From an uncultured Flavobacteriaceae bacterium (GTDB taxonomy: Bacteria; Bacteroidota; Bacteroidia; Flavobacteriales; Flavobacteriaceae): a stretch of 64,000 nt of DNA. This document shows positions 20,536 through 30,274 of the stretch, in pieces; the first letter of the stretch is position 1, and every line of letters starts with the position of its first letter. The position numbers and the translations under genes are program-made. The stretch is from contig CAYXAZ010000001.1 in assembly GCA_964463085.1 (NCBI GenBank), forward strand, positions 21,906 through 85,905, written 5' to 3'. The notes below the pieces were generated by a model. That model was not told where the DNA came from. It ran no database searches and saw only the letters and a list, made by a program, of their open reading frames with translations.

Positions 20536-21141
20536 ATGTCAAGAAGAGAAACCCCTGAAATTAATGCAGGATCTATGGCGGATATTGCTTTCTTATTATT
20601 GATATTCTTTCTAGTAACAACTACAATGGATGTTGATACTGGTATTTCTCGTAAATTACCGGAAAAGCAAGATCCTAATATAAAGCCACCTATACTTAAA
20701 GAAAAAAATGTATTTGAGGTTAATGTGAATAGAAGGAATGAAATTTTAGTAGAAGGTGATACGTATATGCAAATAGCTGATTTACGTGAAGCTACTATTA
20801 AATTTATAGACAATGGAGGAGGAGTAGATGAAAACGGAGAGGAATGTACTTGGTGTGGAGGTAAAAAAGATCCCGCATCTTCAGATCATCCTAAAAAAGC
20901 AATTATTTCTTTACAGAGCGATAGAGGTACTTCGTACGGTACATATATAGCAGTACAGAATGAGTTGGTGGGTGCTTATACAGATTTGAGAAATAAATTA
21001 TCTGAAAAACTGTATGGAGTATCATATACGCAACTTTTAAAAGATGCTAAAAATTCCTCTAACCAAAGTCTAAAAGATAAGATAGCCAATATTAAAAAGA
21101 AATATCCTCAAATTATATCTGAGGCTGAACCAACAAAATAA
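20536..21141 (+). CDS. exbD: ExbD/TolR biopolymer transport protein (first copy)
   Basis: INAGSMADIAFLLLIFFLVTT. Confidence 0.93.
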   Translation: MSRRETPEINAGSMADIAFLLLIFFLVTTTMDVDTGISRKLPEKQDPNIKPPILKEKNVFEVNVNRRNEILVEGDTYMQIADLREATIKFIDNGGGVDENGEECTWCGGKKDPASSDHPKKAIISLQSDRGTSYGTYIAVQNELVGAYTDLRNKLSEKLYGVSYTQLLKDAKNSSNQSLKDKIANIKKKYPQIISEAEPTK

Positions 21142-21148
21142 ATTTAAT

Positions 21149-21616
21149 ATGTCTAAATTTAAAAAGAAAAGAAAAGGAATGCCGGCAATTAATACAGCAT
21201 CTTTACCAGATATTGTATTTATGTTGTTGTTCTTTTTTATGGTTACTACAGTAATGCGTGAAACAGATTTAAAAATTAAAAAACCGCAATTACCTAAAGC
21301 CAACCAAGTTAAAAAATTAGAAAAGAAAAGTTTGGTAAGTTATATTTATGTAGGAAAATCTAAAGATGGAACCCCTGGCGATAAACTTCAGCTGAACGAT
21401 AGAATTTCTAGTATAAAAGACATTAAGAGTTTTATTTTTTCTGAAAGAGCTAAACATTCTGAAAATGAAATACCACTTTTAACGACATCTATTAAAGCTG
21501 ATGTAGATGCAAGTGTTGGCACTATAACAGATATAAAAATAGAACTTAGAGATATCAATGCACTTAAAATTAATTATTCAACACTAAAAGGTAGTGCATT
21601 AGATAATATGAAATAG
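21149..21616 (+). CDS. exbD: ExbD/TolR biopolymer transport protein (second copy)
   Basis: INTASLPDIVFMLLFFFMVTT. Confidence 0.93.
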   Translation: MSKFKKKRKGMPAINTASLPDIVFMLLFFFMVTTVMRETDLKIKKPQLPKANQVKKLEKKSLVSYIYVGKSKDGTPGDKLQLNDRISSIKDIKSFIFSERAKHSENEIPLLTTSIKADVDASVGTITDIKIELRDINALKINYSTLKGSALDNMK

Positions 21617-21638
21617 TTTTATTTTTTCAATAATATAT

Positions 21639-21668
21639 AAAAAGGCAATCAAATTGATTGCCTTTTTT
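21639..21668. terminator. Intrinsic terminator after the exb operon
   Basis: aaaaaggcaatc-aaatt-gattgcctttttt. Confidence 0.85.
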
Positions 21669-21711
21669 AGTTTTATAAATTTTATATTTGCATTACCCAG
21701 CATTTGAGAAA

Positions 21712-22377
21712 ATGAAAATAAAAATTAATTACATATTATTAATAATTGGATTATTAATCGGAAAATCGACTTTAGCAAATAATCAATTTGAGTTTGTTAA
21801 TGATTGTATAGATGTATATGCAAAATTAGATAAAGCAACGGCTGAATTCCATTCTACTCTTGAAAACAATACAAATTCTGATATATTAAAAACTGCAATT
21901 ACCGAATACAATAATGAGTTAGTTTTATTTTCTATGAATAAATTATTAAAACATTCAAAAAGCGAAAACAAAAATATTCAAGAAGTTGTAACTGATTTAA
22001 GGAATTTAATTACTGATTTGGTAAAAATGAATTATAAATATCTGAATTTTGTGACCAATTCAAAGTACACTAAAAATGAATTAAAGAAAAAAAGTAAATC
22101 CCTAATTGAACAAAATAAATTTGCCTCTGGATTTTTTAGAGAAATATCACTTGGAATATGTATGACTTTAGTTAAAAACAAACCGAATAAAAAAAATGAT
22201 AAACAATATTCTGAATTAACTTTAAGTCAGCGGAATTTATTAAACAGCAAATTGATTAATGAATTTGGAGAGTCAATAAAAAAAGGAACTGAAGTTGAAA
22301 GCAAAACTCCTTTTGAACATTCCTCAAGACTCATTTATGAGTTTTTAAATATGGATTGGAAATTTGAAAAAGAATAA
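21712..22377 (+). CDS. Hypothetical exported protein (start moved to 21712)
   Basis: Signal-peptide-like N-terminus; TATATTTG box at 21683-21690; no family recognised. Confidence 0.7.
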   Translation: MKIKINYILLIIGLLIGKSTLANNQFEFVNDCIDVYAKLDKATAEFHSTLENNTNSDILKTAITEYNNELVLFSMNKLLKHSKSENKNIQEVVTDLRNLITDLVKMNYKYLNFVTNSKYTKNELKKKSKSLIEQNKFASGFFREISLGICMTLVKNKPNKKNDKQYSELTLSQRNLLNSKLINEFGESIKKGTEVESKTPFEHSSRLIYEFLNMDWKFEKE

Positions 22378-22380
22378 AAA

Positions 22381-22512
22381 CGTTGGATAACAACGTGCAA
22401 AATTAATAATTATGGTCTTTGCAAAACGCAAAATTTTGGTATATTTACAACGAATTTTCCTATCTAAAAATCTTCGCATACTTTACCATTACCGGAATCT
22501 TGCACAAACCGA
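22381..22512. other. Imperfect long hairpin resembling a truncated cassette-recombination (attC-like) site
   Basis: Begins just after the stop (cgttggataacaac); nested inverted pairs gtgcaa/ttgcac (22395, 22500) and atggt/accat (22412, 22485). Confidence 0.3.
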
Positions 22513-22513
22513 T

Positions 22514-23188
22514 ATGAGTAGAATACTTTTTTTTCTTCTTTTAATTTCTTCCATGCTTAGAGCCCAAAGTAATGAGACTATTAAAAATGCTAAGTATTTA
22601 GAAGACCAAATTTATATTGGATTTTCGATTGCTACTTTAATTAATACACCTAAAGGTATTGCTCAAAATGGATTGTCAAATGGTATTGAATTGGGTATTA
22701 TTAAGGATATTCCTCTAAATAATAAAGGCGACTTTGCATTTGGAATTGGACTGGGTTATGGACGTAATACCTATTTCCAGAATATAAAAATTGAAGAGAT
22801 TAATAATATTACTCAATTTCAAATTGCATCCGAAGGGTTTAAAAACAATAAATTCTCAACACATACAATTGATGTTCCCTTAGAGATACGATGGCGTACT
22901 TCTACCATTGATAAATATAAGTTTTGGAGAATTTATGCAGGAGGTAAATTAAGTTATGTATTTGCATCTAATGCGAAGTTTAAAGAACCAGGCAATACCA
23001 TCAAAATAAAAGGGATATCAGAAATTAACAAATTACAATACGGCTTGAAATTAGCTGTTGGTTATGGTACTTGGAATTTTAATTTTTATTATGGCTTGAC
23101 CGATTTGTTTTCCAACGCCTACCTTAATGAAACAACGCCAATTGAAGTTAGAGACTTCAGAATTGGATTGATTTTTTATATACTTTAG
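22514..23188 (+). CDS. Outer-membrane beta-barrel (porin/PorT-like) family protein (start moved to 22514)
   Basis: Signal peptide; KYLEDQIYIG, VPLEIRWRTS and alternating beta-strand pattern. Confidence 0.8.
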   Translation: MSRILFFLLLISSMLRAQSNETIKNAKYLEDQIYIGFSIATLINTPKGIAQNGLSNGIELGIIKDIPLNNKGDFAFGIGLGYGRNTYFQNIKIEEINNITQFQIASEGFKNNKFSTHTIDVPLEIRWRTSTIDKYKFWRIYAGGKLSYVFASNAKFKEPGNTIKIKGISEINKLQYGLKLAVGYGTWNFNFYYGLTDLFSNAYLNETTPIEVRDFRIGLIFYIL

Positions 23189-23298
23189 GGCACCTATTAA
23201 TTCATTTGCATCAAAATTTTGTACTGAAAAACACTGCCATTCCAGTCTACACAGGAATGACATTTTTGATTTAAAACATATATTTATTTTTGTTTTGA

Positions 23299-23904
23299 CT
23301 AAAACGTATAAGATATATACACAATTATCTGAGTGAAAAACCCAATAAAAAACCCAATAAATATTTCATTCATTGAATGTGCTTTCAACTTTAACCGAGA
23401 AGTGGCAATAAAACCAAAGAGTAAAAATAAAAAGATTAATAACAACAATAAATTCAATTGATATTGATAACTGATAATGCCTATAAAACCAATTAACCCG
23501 CCAATACCTAAGGTATGTAAGCTTGTTTTTATTTTACCAAAAAACAGCATGTAAACGATACCTGATGCCAGTGTAATTCCAAAAAAGGAGAGGGCTAATA
23601 GATTAATAGTATTAGCTTTTAGCAATAATTTACCCAATAAGAGCGATAATAATGCAAAAAATAGAATTGGGAATTTACGCTCATCAATACTTGATAAATG
23701 ATAGCTTTCAATTAATTTTACCTTTTTTAAAAAGTACAATAACAAAATTGGAATTATATAAGTTGTAACAAAAATAATGCTTAAAATCTGATAAGCAAAT
23801 TCTTTCGGAATATGATTTGGGATTATAATAAAATATAAGAGTGTACTAATAATTGGGATAAGCACCGGATGTAGAACGTAAGAAATAAATTTATAAAATT
23901 TCAT
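23299..23904 (-). CDS. Conserved multi-pass membrane protein (PAP2-like fold possible; start moved to 23904)
   Basis: ISYVLHP, SLH..G.G and SRLKLKAH motifs; about 6 TM segments. Confidence 0.75.
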   Translation of the reverse strand: MKFYKFISYVLHPVLIPIISTLLYFIIIPNHIPKEFAYQILSIIFVTTYIIPILLLYFLKKVKLIESYHLSSIDERKFPILFFALLSLLLGKLLLKANTINLLALSFFGITLASGIVYMLFFGKIKTSLHTLGIGGLIGFIGIISYQYQLNLLLLLIFLFLLFGFIATSRLKLKAHSMNEIFIGFFIGFFTQIIVYISYTF

Positions 23905-24011
23905 TGATAATATGGAGATCTCGACAAGCTTCACGTACTACCTTCTAACCAAAGTATATTTTAGCTCTCGGTAATGCTAAACCTGATAATTGATATTTAG
24001 GTCTAATAAAT

Positions 24012-25463
24012 TTAAATTTCCTTACGTAATCTGGCCACCGGTATGTTCAATTGCTCTCTATATTTTGCAACGGTTCTTCGTGCAATTAAATACCCTTTTT
24101 CTTTTAGTAATACGGAAAGTTTGTCGTCAGTTAATGGTTTTTTCTTATTTTCTGCTTCAATAATTGTTTGTAGAATCTTTTTAATTTCTCTTGTTGAAAT
24201 ATCTTCACCTTGATCATTTTTCATTGACTCTGAAAAGAATTCCTTAATTAGCTTTGTGCCATACGGTGTGTCAACATATTTACTATTTGCAACTCTGGAA
24301 ACAGTTGAAATATCCATATGAATTTTATCAGCAATATCTTTCAATATCATTGGTCTTAGTTTCCGCTCATCTCCTGTTAAAAAGTATTCCTCTTGACGAT
24401 GCATAATAGCATTCATGGTCAATAATAAAGTTTGCTGGCGTTGTTTTATAGCATCAATAAACCATTTAGCAGCATCTAACTTTTGCTTAATGAACATCAC
24501 AGCATCTTTTTGTGATTTTGATTTGTCTTTTGAGGCTGCATAACCCTTTAACATATTATTATATTCATGCGAAATATGTAGTTCAGGAGCGTTACGCGAA
24601 TTTAGCGTTAAGTCTAATTTACCTTCAACTATTCTGATTGAAAAATCAGGAATTATTTGCTCAACAATTTTAGTATTACTCGAATAGGAACCTCCTGGTT
24701 TTGGATTCAATTTTGCAATTTCGTTTATAGCCTCTTTTAATTCATTTTCAGTAATATCAAATTTTTGTATGAGTTTTTTGTAGTGCTTTTTAACAAAATG
24801 CTCAAAAGATTTTTCAAGAATTGAAATAGCTAATTTTCTGCTTGACGATTCTGATTTTCTTTTTAATTGAATTAACAGACAGTCTTCAAGGCTTTGTGCA
24901 CCAACACCAGCCGGGTCAAGTTGTTGTACATAGCCTAACATTTTTCTTACTTCTTTTTCTTCGGTAAAAATGTTTTCAGAAAATGCCAAATCATCAACAA
25001 TATCTTCAAGAGGCCTTCTTATATAACCACTGCCATCAATACTGCCAACTAAAAACTCGGCAATTTGCCGTTCATTTTCATCTAAACGAAAAGTATTCAG
25101 CTGACTTTTTAAATATTGATTAAAAGAGATACCGGCTGCATACGGTATATTTTTTTCATCATCATCACTGCTGTAATTATTACTTTGTAATTTATAGCTA
25201 GGTGTTTCATCATCACTTAAATACTCGTCAATATTCACTTCTGTTTCAATAGTTTCAGTACCATCATCGTCATATTCATTTTGCAAATCACTATCAGCAT
25301 CATCATTATTTTCCTTACCACTATCTAAAGCAGGATTTTCTTCAATTTCTTGTTTTACTTTTTGCTCAAAAGCCTGTGTAGGTAATTGAATTAACTTCAT
25401 CAGCTGAATTTGCTGAGGAGATAATTTTTGTAATAATTTATATTGTAAACTTTGTTTTAACAT
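24012..25463 (-). CDS. rpoN: RNA polymerase sigma-54 factor
   Basis: RpoN box ARRTVAKYREQL; Gln/Leu-rich N-terminus. Confidence 0.98.
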   Translation of the reverse strand: MLKQSLQYKLLQKLSPQQIQLMKLIQLPTQAFEQKVKQEIEENPALDSGKENNDDADSDLQNEYDDDGTETIETEVNIDEYLSDDETPSYKLQSNNYSSDDDEKNIPYAAGISFNQYLKSQLNTFRLDENERQIAEFLVGSIDGSGYIRRPLEDIVDDLAFSENIFTEEKEVRKMLGYVQQLDPAGVGAQSLEDCLLIQLKRKSESSSRKLAISILEKSFEHFVKKHYKKLIQKFDITENELKEAINEIAKLNPKPGGSYSSNTKIVEQIIPDFSIRIVEGKLDLTLNSRNAPELHISHEYNNMLKGYAASKDKSKSQKDAVMFIKQKLDAAKWFIDAIKQRQQTLLLTMNAIMHRQEEYFLTGDERKLRPMILKDIADKIHMDISTVSRVANSKYVDTPYGTKLIKEFFSESMKNDQGEDISTREIKKILQTIIEAENKKKPLTDDKLSVLLKEKGYLIARRTVAKYREQLNIPVARLRKEI

Positions 25464-25529
25464 TAACTAATTCTTGATTATTCGTGAGACTCTAAAAAAT
25501 TAATTTTAATTTTTTAATAAGTCGAACTA

Positions 25530-25564
25530 ACCCCGCTCCCGATAACTATCGGGATTAGTGGGGT
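25530..25564. repeat. Hairpin carrying an 18-bp palindrome in its loop
   Basis: accccgct / agtggggt outer stem enclosing tcccgataactatcggga (25537-25554). Confidence 0.7.
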
Positions 25565-25622
25565 CTTTAATTTAGTGCCTTTTTATTTAAAGATACAAAA
25601 AAAGAATATTATACAATAAAAA

Positions 25623-25663
25623 CCCTTCGCTTCTCGACTCCGCTTGAGATGACGCGCTCAGGG
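25623..25663. repeat. Nested REP-like palindromes
   Basis: ttctcgactccgcttgagatgac (25631-25653; resembles the reverse complement of 56426-56450) lies inside cccttcg...gcgctcaggg. Confidence 0.6.
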
Positions 25664-25679
25664 AGATATTGAGATTCAA

Positions 25680-27110
25680 TTAAAATTCTGCATTTTGCGG
25701 TGTTCTAGGAAACGGTATTACATCTCTAATATTACCCATTCCCGTTGTAAATTGTACCAAACGTTCGAAACCTAAACCGAATCCTGAATGAACTGCTGTT
25801 CCGAATTTTCGTAAATCTAAATACCACCATAGCTCTTTTTCATCAATATCTAAGGCTTTCATTTTTTCTTTCAATACATCATAACGCTCTTCACGTTGTG
25901 AGCCTCCAACAATTTCACCAATTCCCGGAAATAATACATCCATTGCCCTAACAGTTTTACCATCATCATTTAAACGCATATAAAACGCTTTTATGTTAGC
26001 AGGATAGTCAAATAATATTACAGGACATTTAAAATATTTTTCTACCAAATAACGCTCGTGCTCACTTTGCAGGTCTGTTCCCCATTCATCAATAAGATAC
26101 TGGAATTTCTTTTTCTTATTTGGTTTGCAGTTTCTTAAAATATCGATTGCTTCAGTATAAGTAACACGCTTAAAATTATTTTCTACTACAAAATTTAATT
26201 TTTCTAATAAAGACATTTCACTACGTTGTTGTGCAGGTTTGGCACTTTCTTCTTTAGTAAAACGTTCATCTAAAAACGCCAGATCGTCTTTACAGTTTTC
26301 TAATATGTATTTGATAACAGCTTTGATAAAATCTTCAGCTAAATCCATATTGTCATTTAGATCATAAAAGGCCATTTCTGGTTCAATCATCCAAAATTCA
26401 GCCAAATGACGTGTAGTATTTGAATTTTCTGCTCTAAACGTAGGTCCGAAAGTATAGACTTTGCTCAATGCCATAGCATAGGTTTCAGCTTCTAACTGAC
26501 CGGAAACAGTGAGATTGGTTTCTTTGCCAAAAAAATCTTGACTATAATCTACTTCACCATTTTCATTCCTTGGCGGATTTTTTGGATCTAATGTAGAAAC
26601 ACGAAACATCTCTCCTGCACCTTCAGCATCGGAACCGGTAATGATTGGAGCGTGAAAATTATAAAACCCGTTTTCAGTAAAGTATTTATGAACTGCAAAA
26701 GATAATGCAGAGCGTACACGCATAACAGCACTGAAAGTATTGGTTCTAATTCTTAAGTGTGCATTTTCTCGTAAAAACTCAAAACTGTGTTTTTTGGGTT
26801 GAATTGGGTACTCTTCGGCATTTGAATCACCCAAAATTTCTATTTCAGAAACTTGTATTTCAACCGACTGCCCTTTACCTTGACTTTCAACCAATGTTCC
26901 GGTAATAGCAATAGCTGCACCCGTTGTAATACGCCTTAAAAGGTTTTCATCTGTGTTTTCAAAATCAATTACACATTGTATATTATGAATTGTTGAACCA
27001 TCATTTACAGCAATAAAACGATTGGCTCTAAAGGTACGAACCCAGCCTTTTAGGTGTACTTCTTTTGAAAATTGACTAGACTGTAATAATTCAGCAATAC
27101 TTTGTGGCAT
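25680..27110 (-). CDS. asnS: Asparagine--tRNA ligase (start moved to 27110)
   Basis: Motifs [28 protein letters not shown] and GFGLGFERL. Confidence 0.98.
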   Translation of the reverse strand: MPQSIAELLQSSQFSKEVHLKGWVRTFRANRFIAVNDGSTIHNIQCVIDFENTDENLLRRITTGAAIAITGTLVESQGKGQSVEIQVSEIEILGDSNAEEYPIQPKKHSFEFLRENAHLRIRTNTFSAVMRVRSALSFAVHKYFTENGFYNFHAPIITGSDAEGAGEMFRVSTLDPKNPPRNENGEVDYSQDFFGKETNLTVSGQLEAETYAMALSKVYTFGPTFRAENSNTTRHLAEFWMIEPEMAFYDLNDNMDLAEDFIKAVIKYILENCKDDLAFLDERFTKEESAKPAQQRSEMSLLEKLNFVVENNFKRVTYTEAIDILRNCKPNKKKKFQYLIDEWGTDLQSEHERYLVEKYFKCPVILFDYPANIKAFYMRLNDDGKTVRAMDVLFPGIGEIVGGSQREERYDVLKEKMKALDIDEKELWWYLDLRKFGTAVHSGFGLGFERLVQFTTGMGNIRDVIPFPRTPQNAEF

Positions 27111-27146
27111 TTCTTCAAAATTTATGAAGTGCAAAGATAGGGATAG

Positions 27147-27181
27147 AATTATGATTTACGAATTATGAATTACGAATTGTT
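27147..27181. repeat. Heptamer tandem repeat (aattatg/aattacg) upstream of the asnS -7 box
   Basis: Five consecutive 7-bp units; TATCTTTG on the - strand at 27132-27139. Confidence 0.7.
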
Positions 27182-27249
27182 TGTGAAAAATAATAACTTT
27201 TATATATTTTTAAAAATTATAATTTTCGCCATTGTTTTTGATAAGTTTA

Positions 27250-27492
27250 TTAGTCTTTAAATAATTCTTTTACATCAATATCTAAAGCTTTGGCTATTTT
27301 AAAAATTGTTTTTAATGTAGTATTTATCTGTGCTCTTTCAATTCTACCTATTTGATTAATAGGAATATTCGAGTCATTTGCCAAATCTTCTTGTGATAAA
27401 CCGCTATCAATTCTAAGTTTTCTAAGACGTTTGCCAAATTGTAATAAAAATATTTCTTCCTCTTTGTATTCCACATTCAAATGTGCTAACAT
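27250..27492 (-). CDS. XRE/Cro-family helix-turn-helix regulator
   Basis: FGKRLRKLRIDSGLSQEDLA...IGRIERAQINTTLKTIFKIAKAL. Confidence 0.93.
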   Translation of the reverse strand: MLAHLNVEYKEEEIFLLQFGKRLRKLRIDSGLSQEDLANDSNIPINQIGRIERAQINTTLKTIFKIAKALDIDVKELFKD

Positions 27493-27509
27493 TTTTAAAA
27501 AAACATAAA

Positions 27510-27545
27510 CACATATATGTGGTATAAGTATTTTTTATATATTTG
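27510..27545 (+). promoter_or_regulatory. Promoter of the lipoprotein gene with a candidate XRE operator
   Basis: Perfect 12-bp palindrome cacatatatgtg (27510-27521) just upstream of TATATTTG (27538-27545), in the divergent intergenic gap. Confidence 0.55.
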
Positions 27546-27699
27546 CCCTAATTAAATTAAACTGAGGGTTGGAGTTCAGTTTTAAACATTCATAAATGCT
27601 CTACTCCATTCTACTTTTTTTAACTACTATGGTTTTTGCTCAATTTTGAATTTGAAACCATATACAATAATTTTTTACTAACTTTAAAGACTAAACACT

Positions 27700-29268
27700 A
27701 TGAAAAATCAACTCAAAAATTATTTAAAAATCTTTGTGCTTCTTTTCGGAGTATCGATATTGCTATGGAATTGTGAAAAAGAAGAAAATATAATTGAGAC
27801 ACAAACAACTACTAGTTTTAAAGCTTATCGTTTTAACAATGATGATATTCCTCAAATTGCTTCTAAAATAGAACAACTTAGTACACAAGAAGTTTTTACT
27901 AAAAGTTCAGATAATAATTCTAAAGCTTATTGGGTTGATGATGTAAATATATTTGGAGCTATTGATTCTGTTGGCAATAAATCTTTTTCTTACAGATTGT
28001 ATTTTAATAATATGCCTAAAAATGTTTTTTATAATATTATCATTACAGAAAGGGTAAGTAATGAGATTTCACCATTTGTAATTGCTTTTGAAATTGAAAA
28101 CGATGAAAAAAAATCGATACGTTATTATGAATTGGAATACTTTTTGGATGCATTAACTGAGCGTGATGAAAAAAGTAAAAGTGGATCTTATTCTAAAAAT
28201 GATCATACTAATGATGGTATATTAGATTTTACTGACTGTGGTGAATTAACAAGTGGCAGTTCTGGTGGTAGTGAGTCTTCAAACACTAGTGGCGGTGGCG
28301 GCAATGGTAATGGAGGCTATGACCCTAACGGGTCTTCTAATTCTGGTAATAGTTATACTTCTTATGGTTCATATACCGTATATTCTTATGGCGGCGGTGG
28401 CGGTGGTGGCGGAGTAACTATAAATACAGGTAATGCTGAAATAGTGGCTGTTGATGCTAAAAGTAATGATGATAGAGTCATTTGCCCGGAAGGTGAAGTG
28501 ATTATTGTAGAGAATAGTTCTTCTGAAGAAATAATTATTACACCTGAATTAGAAGTGGACTATCCTTGTCAATCAGAAAAAATTAAAAATATTTTTGTAG
28601 AAACAGCCCCTTTATCACAATTAATATTAGATATTTTTGATAGTGATAGTAGTGGTTATAACTTGGTTTTTGATGTTGATGAGGCTCTCGAAGATACTGA
28701 TTTTCAGGGAATAACTGGAAACACCTCAGAAAATTCTGAATGGGATTTAGATAAATTAGATATAACAATAGGTTTAAATCCAGATCTTTTAAATAATGGC
28801 ACAGATTTAGCTATAGCTACAACAATAATACATGAATCTGTACATGCGGTTTTGTTATATATGCTTGAAACAGGAAAAATAACAATTGAAAATGCTAATG
28901 GTGATAGAAGTATGACTATGTTAGTAGATTCATATGTTAGGTTTAGAATTATTCAAGAAGAATTTGGTGGGGTTCAACCTACAGATGCTTCAGAAGTTGA
29001 TAACTATATGCATGAATATATGACTGGATTAGTTGAAAGTATTGGGACTTCAATATCTGAATATGGAAATAGTGAGGGATATAATATTGCATTTAGCTAT
29101 TATAAAAAGCTTGCATGGCACGGGCTTGAAGCTAATTTAGAGATGCTTATGTTCGATGATGAAGATATAGATGAAGCTGAAGAAGCTGAATTGCTAGATA
29201 TTAATAATACTTTATTTGATGAATTTGAAAACAGACCTAATGCAAAAGGCACAAAATGTAGTAACTAA
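27700..29268 (+). CDS. Lipoprotein with a Gly/Ser-rich linker and a C-terminal HExxH (zincin-like) domain; candidate polymorphic effector
   Basis: Lipobox LLWN-C followed by acidic EKEEN; poly-Gly linker; IIHESVHA motif; acidic C-terminus ending NAKGTKCSN. Confidence 0.8.
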   Translation: MKNQLKNYLKIFVLLFGVSILLWNCEKEENIIETQTTTSFKAYRFNNDDIPQIASKIEQLSTQEVFTKSSDNNSKAYWVDDVNIFGAIDSVGNKSFSYRLYFNNMPKNVFYNIIITERVSNEISPFVIAFEIENDEKKSIRYYELEYFLDALTERDEKSKSGSYSKNDHTNDGILDFTDCGELTSGSSGGSESSNTSGGGGNGNGGYDPNGSSNSGNSYTSYGSYTVYSYGGGGGGGGVTINTGNAEIVAVDAKSNDDRVICPEGEVIIVENSSSEEIIITPELEVDYPCQSEKIKNIFVETAPLSQLILDIFDSDSSGYNLVFDVDEALEDTDFQGITGNTSENSEWDLDKLDITIGLNPDLLNNGTDLAIATTIIHESVHAVLLYMLETGKITIENANGDRSMTMLVDSYVRFRIIQEEFGGVQPTDASEVDNYMHEYMTGLVESIGTSISEYGNSEGYNIAFSYYKKLAWHGLEANLEMLMFDDEDIDEAEEAELLDINNTLFDEFENRPNAKGTKCSN

Positions 29269-29962
29269 TAAAATAATAATAATTTTTTTATTACTTGGTT
29301 TTATTTCTTTTTACAGCTTTTCACAAAAAAAAGAAATAAAAGCCGAAAGAGATTATATTATTCTAAACAAATCTTTAGAACATTATTTTTATGGAAAACA
29401 TATAAGAGATTCGCTATTCTATAATTCGGAAACCACTAAAAAATATATCGAAAGTAAAGAAGTTAAACGTGCTATCATAAAAAGGGGGAAATTAGATACA
29501 ATTTATATAAAATATATAGCTGATAAAGTTTTATATAAAATGTTTTTAGAGGAAAACGCTAAATGGAAAAGAGAAAAACGTTATAAAAAATTCTCTAATG
29601 ATTTAGAAATTATATTTTCCGATGATGAAGTAAAGTATTATTTAAATCAACTAGAGAGTAATCATTATTTATGGAATGAAGATAAAATTGATTTTAAAGA
29701 TCGTGTTTTTGTTGTGAAAAAATTTAATTACACTAGGGAAGAGGCTAAATTAATGGGAATTGTAGAAAAAGATCAGCTTGGGCGTACTCTAATTCAAAGA
29801 ACAAATCGTTATTTTACATTTTCAAAACCTATCTATTCTAAAAATAATAATACTGCTTTAATTGCTTATAGTTATAATGCAAATTTTATTTTATACATTT
29901 ATGAGAAAGTTAATAAAAAATGGGTGTTTAAACTTGTGCTAAGCAAAAGTTATTTTATTTAA
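29240..29962 (+). CDS. Exported partner (candidate immunity) protein overlapping the effector 3' end (start moved to 29240)
   Basis: Hydrophobic signal segment; the ATG in aATGcaaaagg is conserved in the paralogue at 30243; basic protein. Confidence 0.75.
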   Translation: MQKAQNVVTNKIIIIFLLLGFISFYSFSQKKEIKAERDYIILNKSLEHYFYGKHIRDSLFYNSETTKKYIESKEVKRAIIKRGKLDTIYIKYIADKVLYKMFLEENAKWKREKRYKKFSNDLEIIFSDDEVKYYLNQLESNHYLWNEDKIDFKDRVFVVKKFNYTREEAKLMGIVEKDQLGRTLIQRTNRYFTFSKPIYSKNNNTALIAYSYNANFILYIYEKVNKKWVFKLVLSKSYFI

Positions 29963-29972
29963 AATTTTACAG

Positions 29973-30000
29973 AAAGGAAGCTTTAATAAAGCTTCCTTTT
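29973..30000. terminator. Intrinsic terminator after the partner gene
   Basis: aaaggaagcttt-aat-aaagcttcctttt. Confidence 0.8.
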
Positions 30001-30031
30001 AATTTGTTTTTTTATAATTCGTTCTATATTA

Positions 30032-30090
30032 TTATTCAATTAGCCTCATCAAATACTGTCCGTACCCTATTTTTATAAAGGTTGTGCAAC
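30032..30090 (-). pseudogene. Duplicated 3' tail of rfbA
   Basis: 52 of 60 positions identical to 30990-31049 by manual alignment; translates VAQPL-KIGYGQYLMRLIE* vs [19 protein letters not shown]. Confidence 0.9.
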
Positions 30091-30098
30091 TTTTTAAC

Positions 30099-30274
30099 TA
30101 TTATAAAAATTAGCTTGGTTAGGTCTTAAAGATAGTTTAGAATTGCTTCTAGTTGATGATAGTGATGGATTTACTCAAGAAGACCAAGCTGAAGTAGATG
30201 CTATTAATACGGTTATAGAAGATGAATTTTTAAATAGAAACAATGCAAAAGGTGAAAAGTGTACAAATAATTAA
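30099..30274 (+). pseudogene. Orphan C-terminal fragment homologous to the 27700-29268 lipoprotein
   Basis: YYK(fs)LAWLGLKDSLELLLVDD...DEFLNRNNAKGEKCTNN* aligns with YYKKLAWHGLEANLEMLMFDD...DEFENRPNAKGTKCSN*; no start codon or N-terminal part. Confidence 0.88.

Noticed and set aside
28260-28420. GGC/GGT-rich stretch as a DNA repeat element
   Set aside because: Fully explained by the poly-Gly/Ser linker of the lipoprotein.
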